DNA of 64,000 nucleotides from a virus. Taxonomy: Duplodnaviria; Caudoviricetes. Made by a program: the position numbers and the translations under genes. The notes under the pieces were generated by a model. That model was not told where the DNA came from. It made no database searches and worked only from the letters and a program-made list of their open reading frames with translations. Within the stretch, counting starts at the first letter, position 1. Each line of letters begins with the position of its first letter. The stretch is from positions 4,377 to 68,376 of the IMG/VR virus record IMGVR_UViG_3300014866_000001. One strand, given 5' to 3'. Below are positions 25,174 to 35,165 of the stretch, in pieces.

Positions 25174-26526
25174 TCACGCCCGAGTATCGAGCTTGATGTA
25201 CGGACTTTTCGTTGCGCTTCCCTTGAATGGAGTCAACTGACTGTTCCACACCGGTTGAGCATCGAACCGATAAATAAACCGGAAAGTATTCTCGTTCGTT
25301 GTGAAGCGGACGTGGATGCTCGAATCGGCTTGCATCTGGTCTTTCTCGATGCCGACGATTTGCGAGAAATCAACGAGCATAATGTCGCCGGTCGTGCCGA
25401 GCGTGGCACAGTATTCGACCGGGATCATCGGACGACCCATGAGAGTCGCGTAAGGAGACTGCGACAGGCCGCCAGGCGGCAGATAGACAGGAACGCCGCC
25501 AGTTCCAACCGCAATTGTCATGGAGTTGAGTTGCGGCTCGCAGTCCTGATTGTAAATCCAGACGGCATTCGCCCGCGACCGCGCCCACAGCCGCGCCCAC
25601 ATCTTTTGGATATTCTCGAAAACGATCGTTGCTGCCGGCTGGTTCGTTTCTTTCGCAACGGAAACTATTCCAGGGCCATTCGCAAAGCCGAGCGGCTGAC
25701 CTGCGCCGGAACCGTTGATCAAGGAATCCTCGATCATGAAGACGGTTTCTTCCGAAAAAGCCTGCATGAAAATGGCTTCGATTGCCGAGGCATCGCGAAG
25801 CAGTCGATTGCTGGCATAGGCAAGGCCGATCAACTCCTTCAACTCAAGTTCCATCGTGCGGAAAGACGGCTTCTTTGCCGTTGCCGCGTCGTTTTCGGCT
25901 CCCCAGTACATTTGGATTCCGCCCCACCGAGAACCTGTTGCTCTGCTGGTCTCGTTGATGCAAGGCAACTTGAGCCCATCGCTGTCAGATCCAATCGGAA
26001 TGATCCGAATCCGACTCTTGAGCTGTGACAATTCGTTCACGCGGGTCATCAGCGCGGTGGAGAAATCCTTTTGGATCAAATACCCGCCATCGCTCGGAAC
26101 GCCAGCCTGCGCCGATCCAGTGGCCGCAGTCAGCAATTCCCACTTCAATCGCTGGTCGCGTGCGCTGGGGTTGTCGCCGTGCATTCCGGCGTAGGCGATG
26201 GCTTGGAGCTGTTCGCCAAGGCTTTTGAACGGTTGGGGTCCAACCGGATCGATACGGGTTCCGCCTCCAAGAGCGTCCGGCTGAGTTGTGCGGCTGGCTG
26301 GCTGGGACAACTCGCTTTCCAGTGTGCCGATGAATGACAGCGTTTGCTCGTCAGTTGTCGCCTTGGCGATGTTTTCCTTGAGCGTGTCGTTCTCGGTCTT
26401 CAAGGTCTCGATCTTGGTCCGTTCTTCATCCGTAAACGGTCGACCAAGAGATGCAGCCGCTTTTGAATATGCCTTGAGTTCTTCAAGGATTGCGGCACGT
26501 CGTTGCTGCATTTCGAGTAGCGTCAC
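25174..26526 (-). CDS. HK97-fold major capsid protein
   Basis: N-terminal coiled delta domain; DGGYLI, ELKELIGL...LLRD, TLMGRPM, FRFIYRFD. Confidence 0.92.
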   Translation of the reverse strand: MTLLEMQQRRAAILEELKAYSKAAASLGRPFTDEERTKIETLKTENDTLKENIAKATTDEQTLSFIGTLESELSQPASRTTQPDALGGGTRIDPVGPQPFKSLGEQLQAIAYAGMHGDNPSARDQRLKWELLTAATGSAQAGVPSDGGYLIQKDFSTALMTRVNELSQLKSRIRIIPIGSDSDGLKLPCINETSRATGSRWGGIQMYWGAENDAATAKKPSFRTMELELKELIGLAYASNRLLRDASAIEAIFMQAFSEETVFMIEDSLINGSGAGQPLGFANGPGIVSVAKETNQPAATIVFENIQKMWARLWARSRANAVWIYNQDCEPQLNSMTIAVGTGGVPVYLPPGGLSQSPYATLMGRPMIPVEYCATLGTTGDIMLVDFSQIVGIEKDQMQADSSIHVRFTTNENTFRFIYRFDAQPVWNSQLTPFKGSATKSPYIKLDTRA

Positions 26527-26693
26527 TTTGTCGGCTCCTATGAGCCAGTGACAGCTACCAAGAAACGTTTAACGGCTGCTTGCCACTGGCGAGTTTTGAA
26601 CTCGTCCCAGATAGCCGGCAGCCGCATACGCTTCTGACGCTCTATCGTCGATGTTGGATTGTGTGGGCGAAACTTGCCGCCCGATGCTGGAAG

Positions 26694-26876
26694 TTAAGCA
26701 GATTCCCCTTTGTCGTTCAATAGTTTTGTACCACGGTTGTTTCCAGAATATTTCTGGACCGTGGTTTTGCTTAGCCCAAGTGACTGAGCAATCTTGCGGA
26801 TTGGCTCAGGGATTTGTCGCCGCTGACGGATCTCCATGCGAGTAGAGAACGGTAGTAGCTTACCGGTGTTAGCCAT
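26694..26876 (-). CDS. Small HTH protein
   Basis: IRKIAQSLGLSKTTVQKY. Confidence 0.6.
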   Translation of the reverse strand: MANTGKLLPFSTRMEIRQRRQIPEPIRKIAQSLGLSKTTVQKYSGNNRGTKLLNDKGESA

Positions 26877-27016
26877 GTCGTGCCTCAGATGGCAATGGTT
26901 CTCGCTGGATTTGTCGTGCTGCAGATGGCTTAATCTCTGGCTTAACTTCTGGATCAATAGCTATCACTGCTATTTTAGAAATAGGATCATTAAGCGCAAT
27001 CATTCGCATGTCATCG

Positions 27017-27976
27017 CTATTCCTGTTCGGCCAGATACAAGTCCAGCCGCAATGCGTCGTCACTCACAACTGGCGCAGGTGGCGATTCTGGTTCATCGGT
27101 TGGCTTCTCGATGTTCTCTACCGAGCGCGAATGCAATTCGTCTTTTTGTTTCTCTATTAGTGCTCGCGTTTCATTGATCGTCATCAGTCCGTCTGTCGCG
27201 TCGTCTTCGTCGAACCGATACGCAAGGTAGCGGTCGATGAACGCAGACAGCCGAGCCTTGATAACGTCGCGGTCCTGGTTGGCGAATTGCGCGTCGAGCA
27301 GATCGCAGCCTTGACGCACGATGGCATCCGGTAACCCGGCGAGAATGTCGGCGGAAAGAAACGAGTTCGTGGCGTCCGGATCATCAACCACATCGGCCGC
27401 GTGCAGGGCCGTTGGAAACCAGAGTGGAGGCAAGTCTTCGCCAGTTTCGTCTTTTAGTCTCTGATTGCGTTTGTCGAGCCGAAATTCTTCGTTCTTCTTC
27501 AAGACGAGAGATGCGCCAAAAGCATCTCTGTCACTCGCGGCTAACTCCATGACATACACTCCAATTGGCTTACCTCCGCCAATTGGTTCACTCAACGCCG
27601 TTGGGTCGAGATGAAGATCGCCGCGAGCAACGAGGATCTCTTTCATAAGCGGGCGACCGCTGGCATCTTTGCCGACTTCCCGCAAAACCGTATCGCTGCG
27701 AAAGCTGTGATATCGCCCCAAAAACTTTCCCATCGAATCGGAACTGGCCCTCGGATGTCCGAGCCGAGCCTTCAGCCCGCCGGTTCGCTGCTTAGCGAGC
27801 GACACAACTTGACGAATCCCACGCCGGTCAAACTCCCCGCGTTTGTCGTGAAATTCTCCTTCCTCGGCAAGAATTACGTTGCGGATAATCCCGGCTTTTT
27901 GGTCAACGTCTTCGGATTTTAGTTGCGTCAGTACGTCAACCTTTTGCCATTCTGGTTGTGCTGTCATCGTCGGCAT
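27017..27976 (-). CDS. Prohead protease-like protein
   Basis: Between portal and capsid; RLGHP, FGASLV, DVVDDP motifs. Confidence 0.6.
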   Translation of the reverse strand: MPTMTAQPEWQKVDVLTQLKSEDVDQKAGIIRNVILAEEGEFHDKRGEFDRRGIRQVVSLAKQRTGGLKARLGHPRASSDSMGKFLGRYHSFRSDTVLREVGKDASGRPLMKEILVARGDLHLDPTALSEPIGGGKPIGVYVMELAASDRDAFGASLVLKKNEEFRLDKRNQRLKDETGEDLPPLWFPTALHAADVVDDPDATNSFLSADILAGLPDAIVRQGCDLLDAQFANQDRDVIKARLSAFIDRYLAYRFDEDDATDGLMTINETRALIEKQKDELHSRSVENIEKPTDEPESPPAPVVSDDALRLDLYLAEQE

Positions 27977-28191
27977 TATGTTGTCTCCCATTGTGATTTG
28001 CTTTTGTGTTCTTCCATCGACTGCCACTGGCTGCACCAACCGTCTTTTGGAGTCGGTGGGTAGATTCCCTTTACGCCTAACTCACCTGGACGACCCGTGG
28101 CTATCGCGATCGCAGTCGGTGCATTGCGCCGGCACTCGCTAGTCAGTGCCGAGAATGCTTTGCAGGTTGAACACGTTTGTCCGGGTGTCAT
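27976..28191 (-). CDS. Small Cys-motif protein
   Basis: CSTC...CRRNAP...WCSQW. Confidence 0.55.
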   Translation of the reverse strand: MTPGQTCSTCKAFSALTSECRRNAPTAIAIATGRPGELGVKGIYPPTPKDGWCSQWQSMEEHKSKSQWETT

Positions 28192-28192
28192 T

Positions 28193-28408
28193 TCAGTAGA
28201 ACTCCAATGATGAACCAGTGACTAATCCTACGACGCTTGACATCCATGCAACGTAAAACAGCAATAGCCGATCATTGGCACGCTTATTCAAGTTGCGCAT
28301 GTCATCGTGTGCTCTTTGAGACGATAGAATGGCGCAGATCAAAGAGGCTGAATTGCCGTTTCGCGCCATATCCACAACGAGTTCATCTACCATTTCTCGT
28401 GAATTCAT
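28193..28408 (-). CDS. Small protein with C-terminal TM
   Basis: 71-aa coupled ORF. Confidence 0.45.
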   Translation of the reverse strand: MNSREMVDELVVDMARNGNSASLICAILSSQRAHDDMRNLNKRANDRLLLFYVAWMSSVVGLVTGSSLEFY

Positions 28409-30405
28409 ACGCTTACCGTCGCCCTTTCATCGTGCCACGTGGACAAGCACGCTTCGACCTTGCTTGGCAGCTCGTCCGCTGTGCAGTCCAACAGGGAATC
28501 CAATTGACGCAGCGACTCGGTGACATGCGACGAAGTAATTGACGACACCACTTCTGACGGTTGCCGCACGTCGCCGGTAGCCGTTAGGAATACCGACACG
28601 GGTTCCGACAGGCTGCGAGTCATCGTCGCCGCGTGCTTGTCGTAGAAGTCCCTCAACCGCTGGTCGAACTTGTTCGGCTTCTCAGTGATATGTTTGACGC
28701 TGTGAATCTCGATCGACAGCATACGCGCCATCGCATCGCGGAGCATTGCAGACGCGATCCGCTGCTGAGCCTGCTTCGCCTTGTCGTGCTCTCTCTGCAA
28801 TGCCTCGAACTGCTCGCGTAGTGCAGACAGACCGTCTTCCTCTGGTGTCGGCTCGTCTTCCGGATCGTCGGCGGGAGGTTTATCGCTTGGTGGTCCAGGC
28901 TGGAACGGACTAGCCGGTGCATTCGGATCACGCAATGTGATCGGACGGCGGATGCCCTTGTCCTCGGTCCAAGCCGCCTTTGCGTCGTCGGTCATCGGAG
29001 GCAGCCCAAGTGCCTGACGAAACTGTTCCTCATCGTTCAATTGCGGAGTGATGGACCCAGCCCGCACGCCAATGCCATAGGTATCCATGCTCTGCCGAAT
29101 CTCGTCACCTTGGCTCGGTCCTTGTTCGGTATTTGGATCAGTCGTCGCCTGCGGTCCCTTGGCGGCAACCTCAAGAGGAACCATCGCCTGCTGGACGAAA
29201 TGCAGATCACCAAGCGGCCCGATCGGGTTCATATCTTCTCGTTCAGCCCATTTATTGAGCGTCAGCAGTCCATTGAAGAACTCTTGCACGCTTGCCGTCG
29301 TTCGGCTGGTTTTGTCGCCACGCTCCAGTGCATCAACGTTGAACTTGGCGTAGTACGTTTTTTGTTCTTCCTTCGTCAGCAATTTGCGCCACACCTCGCA
29401 TTCCCATAACTTGAGCCACGGCATAAGAGAGTATTTGACGAATTCGATGCCTTGGTGCTCGATATTTCCGAAAGTCGCACGAAGCAAATGCCCAATCAGA
29501 TGTGGCGGGACGCCATACCATCTCGCAATTTCCTCAACCGTATGCTGTCGACTTTCCAGGTATTGCGCCTCCTGCGCATTAAACGGCAATGTCCCAATAT
29601 CCGATTCTGGTGGAAGCAACGCGATCTTTCCAGCGTTCATTGGTCCGCCGTGAGTGTTCATCCACTGGCGACGGAACTCTTCAGAATCCTCTGGCTTACG
29701 AAACTTGCCGTTTTTGAGATACGTAGACGGTCTACCGCTGTTCCCGAAGAAGGCTGCGCCGTGCGTCTCAGTGGCAAGACCAAATCCAATTGTCAGCGCC
29801 GCATTTTCAACTACACCAAGACCGACCACCCCGTCATTCGTTATGATCGACGGGACATGGAACATATTCTCCTGTTTGATTTCTGTCTTGCTACCATCGT
29901 CATTATTGACCAAGTACAGCAATCGACCGTTGCGGCGAATGATGTTTGATCTGGTTGGAATTCTGCTTGCATGAATCGGATACAACACCATAACCTGCCC
30001 GCCGCGATTCCGGCCAATCTCAGCAAAGCAATTACCGCGGTTAACTTGATGATTCATACGACTTGACCGAAAGGTCATTGACGACATTTCGGTATTTGGT
30101 TCGTCGTGAATAATTCGTTGCACTGGATGGTCGAAGGCAACTTCACTACCACCACCAGGAAGATACCTCAGTAGGTTAAACGGCAGCATTCCACCAGTGC
30201 CGCAGAGTAGCCTCGTGGATGCCCAGCAAGCCGAATACGTCAACGCAACCGCTTCGTCCACGCGAATTCCAGAAGCGTTCTTAATTGATGGAGGACCATA
30301 CCAGTAGTCGTCGAATGGATCGCTGCCAGACGATAGTTCATCTTTTGACGGCACAGCCTGATCTATTCGCTTGTCAGTCAATCCAAAGAAGCTAAGCAAG
30401 CCCAT
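28405..30405 (-). CDS. HK97-family portal protein with C-terminal extension
   Basis: GNCFAEI, AAFFGNSGRP, IARWYGVPPHLIG, LMPWLK motifs. Confidence 0.92.
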   Translation of the reverse strand: MGLLSFFGLTDKRIDQAVPSKDELSSGSDPFDDYWYGPPSIKNASGIRVDEAVALTYSACWASTRLLCGTGGMLPFNLLRYLPGGGSEVAFDHPVQRIIHDEPNTEMSSMTFRSSRMNHQVNRGNCFAEIGRNRGGQVMVLYPIHASRIPTRSNIIRRNGRLLYLVNNDDGSKTEIKQENMFHVPSIITNDGVVGLGVVENAALTIGFGLATETHGAAFFGNSGRPSTYLKNGKFRKPEDSEEFRRQWMNTHGGPMNAGKIALLPPESDIGTLPFNAQEAQYLESRQHTVEEIARWYGVPPHLIGHLLRATFGNIEHQGIEFVKYSLMPWLKLWECEVWRKLLTKEEQKTYYAKFNVDALERGDKTSRTTASVQEFFNGLLTLNKWAEREDMNPIGPLGDLHFVQQAMVPLEVAAKGPQATTDPNTEQGPSQGDEIRQSMDTYGIGVRAGSITPQLNDEEQFRQALGLPPMTDDAKAAWTEDKGIRRPITLRDPNAPASPFQPGPPSDKPPADDPEDEPTPEEDGLSALREQFEALQREHDKAKQAQQRIASAMLRDAMARMLSIEIHSVKHITEKPNKFDQRLRDFYDKHAATMTRSLSEPVSVFLTATGDVRQPSEVVSSITSSHVTESLRQLDSLLDCTADELPSKVEACLSTWHDERATVSV

Positions 30406-30553
30406 TACCGCCTCGCAATCGTGAGATAACTACCAGCGCCAGCACAATGATGCCCGTCGTGATCCAAGGCAACGCAGGATTCAGTTGGTACGAACCGTAA
30501 CCAATGGCACCAACGGCCGCGAGTGAAGCCACGATGTCAACCGTCCGTTCCAT
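30392..30553 (-). CDS. Small two-TM protein
   Basis: Typical small membrane gene between TerL and portal. Confidence 0.55.
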   Translation of the reverse strand: MERTVDIVASLAAVGAIGYGSYQLNPALPWITTGIIVLALVVISRLRGGNGLA

Positions 30554-30755
30554 CAATCGCCTCCGGTGCAAGAACCGACAACTCGATGTCCTTGGAAAGC
30601 ACCATAAACCGCAGATCCGGGAACTTGCTGGAAATGTCATCACGAAACCAATTGACATCTTGAGCGCTTCGGAATCTGGCTCGCAGAACGATGATATCGC
30701 CAGCCTTCACATCCAGTTTCGCGATCTCAAAACGAACCGCCTCGTTGTCACTCAT
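30537..30755 (-). CDS. Hypothetical protein
   Basis: 72-aa ORF coupled to TerL. Confidence 0.55.
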   Translation of the reverse strand: MSDNEAVRFEIAKLDVKAGDIIVLRARFRSAQDVNWFRDDISSKFPDLRFMVLSKDIELSVLAPEAIDGTDG

Positions 30756-32419
30756 ACTCCAATCTCAGGATTCCAGTAGTTCGAACTAGATTCACCTTGC
30801 ATCGCCCTCCCGACCGCCATCACTGAGGCCACAATGCCATCGATACGACCAGTCGACTTGCCTTTTGTTGGCTTATAATTCCCGGCATCGTCGGGTTGCG
30901 TTACGCACGCATTGGACGCCATCCACCGTAGGATCGGGTTGCCACCGTGGACTAATTTTTGTTCCAGAACCATCGCATGAAATGCCTTGCTAGGTTCGTT
31001 CATCGACACCAGCCCTTGCCGAAACTCAACGACAGTGAAACCATCGTCGTCAGCCAACTCCTGACAAATCTGGGTCGCGTTCCAGGGGTCTGCCGCGATC
31101 TCTTGAATGCTGTACTTCTTCCCGAAAGCGTTGATGTCTCTCCTCACCATCCGGTGATCGATCGTGTTCCCGCTCGTAAACGTGACGAATCCTTTATCTT
31201 TCCACAGTCTGTAAGGCACGCTGTCCCGTTGCTCTCGCTGGATAACGTTGTCTTCTGGAATCCAAAAATGCGGCAGAAGTGCAATGCGATCGTCGAATAA
31301 ACGAAACGCCATCACGAACGCTGTGACGTCGACCTTGGAAGACAAGTCAAGTCCAGTCCAACACGGCTCGCCATCAAGATCCGGCAGTTCTTCATTGCAG
31401 GAGTCCCACTTGTCCATTGGAATCCATCGAATCGCCTGCTCCGTCCAAATGTTGAGATAGAGCTGCTTAAACGTGTTCTCGTAAGCCGGGGACTGTTGCG
31501 CGAGTTCACACTCCGTTCGGTAGAAAGACTCTGGCACTGAGACGCCAAGATTCGGCTGTGCCTTGTACCACGTCGTCGGGTTCTTCCAGTCGTCTTCGGG
31601 ATCGGCAGCGAAGATAACCGGCAGAATTTCCTCGTTCTCTAAAATCCCGTCGCGAATCTTGCAAGCCAGTTCATGCTGTTGCCAGCAAATCGAGTTGCGA
31701 TCCCAACCAGCTGTTGTGATTGCAGCCAGCAAAGGCTGTGATCTCGCACCCATGCCCGTCTTCATCGCGTCCCACAAGTCGCGTTTCTTCTGCGCGTGCA
31801 ACTCATCGAAGATGACGGTGCTCGCGTTCATTCCATGTTTCGTTCCCGCGACAGCCGCAAGAGCCTTGTACCCGCCTCGCACCATTCCACTGTCCGTGTC
31901 GACGTAGGTAATGGCGTTCTGGTATGGCTTGGATCGCTCTTCCATCCATTCATTAGCCAGCACATTCTGCTTGGCAATCTCAAAAACGACCTTGGCTTGA
32001 TCTCGGTCAGCGGCGCAAGAATAAACCTCAGCGCCAGCCTCCTCATCGTTGTACAACGAGTACAAAGCGATCCCAGCAGATAACGTGCTCTTCCCGGCCT
32101 TCCTTGGAATCTCGATGTAGACCAGTCGATATCGCCGCGTCCCATCAGGTCGCATCCACCCAAACATTGTGGCGATAATGTTCTCTTGCCATTCTTCAAG
32201 CACCAGTCGACATTCCGGCCACGGTTTACCGGCGAGTGGACCTTTAACGTGTCGAAGTTCGTCGTAGAAAAACTTCAACGCCATCGCCGCGTCTTCAGGG
32301 AAATACTTGCAGTCGCCGGCAGTCTTTGACGGACTGTATCGACCACCGCTGCCAAGCGTGCAATGCTCAGCAGTTTTCGCTCTCGCCAACCAGTATTCCC
32401 AATCTTTTTCAGCCATCAT
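30752..32419 (-). CDS. terL: Terminase large subunit
   Basis: Walker A PRKAGKST, Walker B VIFDELH, GLDLS nuclease motif, GRIDG. Confidence 0.95.
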   Translation of the reverse strand: MMAEKDWEYWLARAKTAEHCTLGSGGRYSPSKTAGDCKYFPEDAAMALKFFYDELRHVKGPLAGKPWPECRLVLEEWQENIIATMFGWMRPDGTRRYRLVYIEIPRKAGKSTLSAGIALYSLYNDEEAGAEVYSCAADRDQAKVVFEIAKQNVLANEWMEERSKPYQNAITYVDTDSGMVRGGYKALAAVAGTKHGMNASTVIFDELHAQKKRDLWDAMKTGMGARSQPLLAAITTAGWDRNSICWQQHELACKIRDGILENEEILPVIFAADPEDDWKNPTTWYKAQPNLGVSVPESFYRTECELAQQSPAYENTFKQLYLNIWTEQAIRWIPMDKWDSCNEELPDLDGEPCWTGLDLSSKVDVTAFVMAFRLFDDRIALLPHFWIPEDNVIQREQRDSVPYRLWKDKGFVTFTSGNTIDHRMVRRDINAFGKKYSIQEIAADPWNATQICQELADDDGFTVVEFRQGLVSMNEPSKAFHAMVLEQKLVHGGNPILRWMASNACVTQPDDAGNYKPTKGKSTGRIDGIVASVMAVGRAMQGESSSNYWNPEIGV

Positions 32420-32889
32420 CCATGTTTCAGTCGAGATTTGAGGGAATCACTATTACTTGCCGTTTTTGGTCCACCCATCCCAGCGCGAGAAGCGGGACAG
32501 AGCCCGAACTCTGCTTCGAGTCTCGCCAGCAATTGCGACCACTGTTGAGACTGTCTGACCTGGGGATACTGTCGATGGATTAAGCCACCCTGTTTCGTAG
32601 CGGATTCGTAAGTTGTACCGTTCTCAGTAATGAACTCTTCCGCCTCTCGCCACCGATCCCATGTCAGGCAATACCTTCCCAATGCGTTGCGGTCCCGCTT
32701 TGTCAGCACGCGAGCGGAAAACAGCAGATCCACCAGCTCGTCCCACATAGTCGCCGCCTCGTCGGTCAAATAAGACGGCCGGTCTGGTCGTTCCGCTTGG
32801 GTGTGTCTGTCTATTCGATTAGTTACTAAACCGCTTCCACGGAGCTTCAAGACGGCTGTGGGGGTCGGTTTCGGCCCTCGTTTACCCAT
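32416..32889 (-). CDS. terS: Terminase small subunit (P27 family)
   Basis: MGKRGPKPTPT...EFGLCPASR. Confidence 0.88.
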   Translation of the reverse strand: MGKRGPKPTPTAVLKLRGSGLVTNRIDRHTQAERPDRPSYLTDEAATMWDELVDLLFSARVLTKRDRNALGRYCLTWDRWREAEEFITENGTTYESATKQGGLIHRQYPQVRQSQQWSQLLARLEAEFGLCPASRAGMGGPKTASNSDSLKSRLKHG

Positions 32890-33027
32890 AACTTCAATAC
32901 CCTCGTATTTGCGCAGAGTTAGTCGCGGCGGTCTACGACCCATTCGACTTAGAGAAAGTGCACCCCCCCAGTGGGATAATATCTAAGTCATCCGGCAGTC
33001 GACGTAACTCTGTGTTCGATTTGATTC

Positions 33028-33351
33028 TCATTCTCCACGGCTCGTTCTCGTTGAGTGGCATCGCGTGCATAGTGCCATGAGGTTGTCGTCGTCGTACATC
33101 TTGTCCGCATGCTGTCGTACCTTTGCGATGTGGTGTGTCTCAGTTGCCAGTGTCGTTCGTCCTTCCGCTTCGCAGTCGACGCATAATGGATGATCACTCA
33201 GGTATGCATGGGAATGCTTCTGCCATCGCTTGCTGTTGTGGGGGCGCTCCGCCTTGCTCCGTACCCGCTCACGGCGTGGTCCGCACTTCGAGCACACGCC
33301 CGCACGGACGATTCCACCACACCTGCATACGGACGGTACTGCTGTTGGCAT
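33028..33351 (-). CDS. Terminase-associated HNH endonuclease
   Basis: PLCVDC...HHI...NLMALCTRCHS. Confidence 0.9.
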   Translation of the reverse strand: MPTAVPSVCRCGGIVRAGVCSKCGPRRERVRSKAERPHNSKRWQKHSHAYLSDHPLCVDCEAEGRTTLATETHHIAKVRQHADKMYDDDNLMALCTRCHSTRTSRGE

Positions 33352-33355
33352 CGTG

Positions 33356-33874
33356 CTACGTCCTATACCCGGCTAGGATCTCTAGTACCCAAAGACTCTT
33401 TCTGTCTGACCCAGCATCAGCACTAACCTCGACCCAGTAGGTGTCTCCGTCCTTCAGTGCCACATCGTCGTCAATCGTCCCACGGTACTTACCGCTGGAG
33501 TCCGTCACGTAGGACATGGACACCGCTGTCGCGTTCGTTACTGAAATCCTCAGTTCTCCATTCGTAACGCTCTTACTCGGAGAGGCAGACAGGACTACTG
33601 CCGTGGAGGATGAGTAGCTGCTGATTGTCGTTCGAAGGTCTGATCCATCAGCACCAGCGCCAAGCAGTACGATTGACCGTGCAACATCACCCGCAACGAA
33701 AGGGCCACTGGCAACGTTCAGTGTGGTACTGGCTGCAACCGATACGGCATCTCTTGCCTGAAGTCGGTACAGCGTGAACGTGACGGTAGCGCTGTTGAGG
33801 AACAAATCGGTGCTGGTGTCTTTCAGCTCGTCGAGAATCACCGAATTGTCGGAACCGATGTAAAGTTTTGTCAT
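33356..33874 (-). CDS. Probable virion-associated beta protein
   Basis: 172-aa Ser/Thr-rich ORF. Confidence 0.55.
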   Translation of the reverse strand: MTKLYIGSDNSVILDELKDTSTDLFLNSATVTFTLYRLQARDAVSVAASTTLNVASGPFVAGDVARSIVLLGAGADGSDLRTTISSYSSSTAVVLSASPSKSVTNGELRISVTNATAVSMSYVTDSSGKYRGTIDDDVALKDGDTYWVEVSADAGSDRKSLWVLEILAGYRT

Positions 33875-33955
33875 GCGTACTCACTGTCCTGGTTTACTAA
33901 CGTTCATTCCGGCAGCATTCACCCTTGTTGCATCTTCATTACTTGCTTCTGATAG

Positions 33956-34261
33956 TCATGCTCGGACAATCCTCCACTTGCTGCGTTTGAAACAATATGT
34001 GATGCGTTTGCCGTCCAGTCGGATAATAGTCTCTGGCTCGTCTCCGTAGGCGGAATATCGAACTAACCCGCTAAACAGCAATCGCTGACGATCAGAAATA
34101 ATTCGCACGTCAACGAATTGCCCCCATACCAGCCTTTGATGCAAACCCTTTCCAGTAATTCGGCACTCCACCGCTTCAAATTCTCGATCGTATCTATCTA
34201 TTTGTACTGTAACGCCATATCGCGGATTCTTTGCCGCTAAATTAATGGTTAGACTTTTCAT
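33956..34261 (-). CDS. Hypothetical protein
   Basis: MKSLTINL... coupled to the upstream gene. Confidence 0.45.
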   Translation of the reverse strand: MKSLTINLAAKNPRYGVTVQIDRYDREFEAVECRITGKGLHQRLVWGQFVDVRIISDRQRLLFSGLVRYSAYGDEPETIIRLDGKRITYCFKRSKWRIVRA

Positions 34262-34557
34262 TAGCATTCCCCGCAATCGCAATCGACTTCCAATGTTCCT
34301 GTCAGCATCGGACTCACGGACGTCTCGCCAGTCAGTAATGGTGTGACAGTCACGCTCCCGGTCATCGCTGGCTCGACACGAATCGTTCCGCATATTCGGA
34401 ACCCGCCAATCTCCACGCCGCCACTCGCCGACGCATAATGCGCGAATGACAGCCTGTCTCCGAAGTCGATGACTTCAGACGGGTCCGACACCCAATTGCG
34501 CCACGGCAACCCAACGCTAATTGCAGACCCGCGACGTTGCTTGGTATCTAGGCTCAT
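34261..34557 (-). CDS. Phage hypothetical protein
   Basis: MSLDTKQRRGSAI start; coupled. Confidence 0.55.
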   Translation of the reverse strand: MSLDTKQRRGSAISVGLPWRNWVSDPSEVIDFGDRLSFAHYASASGGVEIGGFRICGTIRVEPAMTGSVTVTPLLTGETSVSPMLTGTLEVDCDCGEC

Positions 34558-35165
34558 GGTCCGCTCACAACCTCCCCGATCGTAGTTGTGCCGGTGACGT
34601 CCGAGACGTCCGCTTTCTGGTCCACCGTCGCAGCATCGTCGTTGTAGAGGCTGTACTGCGTTGCCGTCTGAGTCTTCCTGTTCCTCCAACCCTTGAACAA
34701 ATAGGCGAGTTTCTGAAGCGGTGTTGCATTGACAGGCGGCGTGCCTTGACCTGGCTCTGCCTGAGCGGCTGAAAGCGTTGCAACATCACCCACCGTGGTG
34801 CCAGATAGGTCCATCCCGACATCGATCCACGGCGAGTTCACCCGCTTGCCGGTTGTTTCTCCAACAATCCGAACCACGGCAGCCGTGTTAAACGCATCGT
34901 TGGGAACGTCGATTCGATAATGACCGTTGCCGAACTCGTAGACCGTCCCGGCGGCCCAGGCAGGATCAAGGACGTTGAAGTCAATCAGCGGCTCAATCTG
35001 CGAACTGAAATTGGGACTCGTTGGATTGGCGGAATAGAGACCATAGTAATAAAGGGCTGGGAACGTGGCCGCTACGAGTCCGGTAACTGGCAATCCAGCA
35101 TCGTCAACGATCTGGATCAGAATGCTCTGACTCGTTGATCCGATTTTTCTAAACATTAGGCGCAT
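34554..35165 (-). CDS. Probable virion protein
   Basis: 203-aa ORF; coupled. Confidence 0.55.
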   Translation of the reverse strand: MRLMFRKIGSTSQSILIQIVDDAGLPVTGLVAATFPALYYYGLYSANPTSPNFSSQIEPLIDFNVLDPAWAAGTVYEFGNGHYRIDVPNDAFNTAAVVRIVGETTGKRVNSPWIDVGMDLSGTTVGDVATLSAAQAEPGQGTPPVNATPLQKLAYLFKGWRNRKTQTATQYSLYNDDAATVDQKADVSDVTGTTTIGEVVSGP

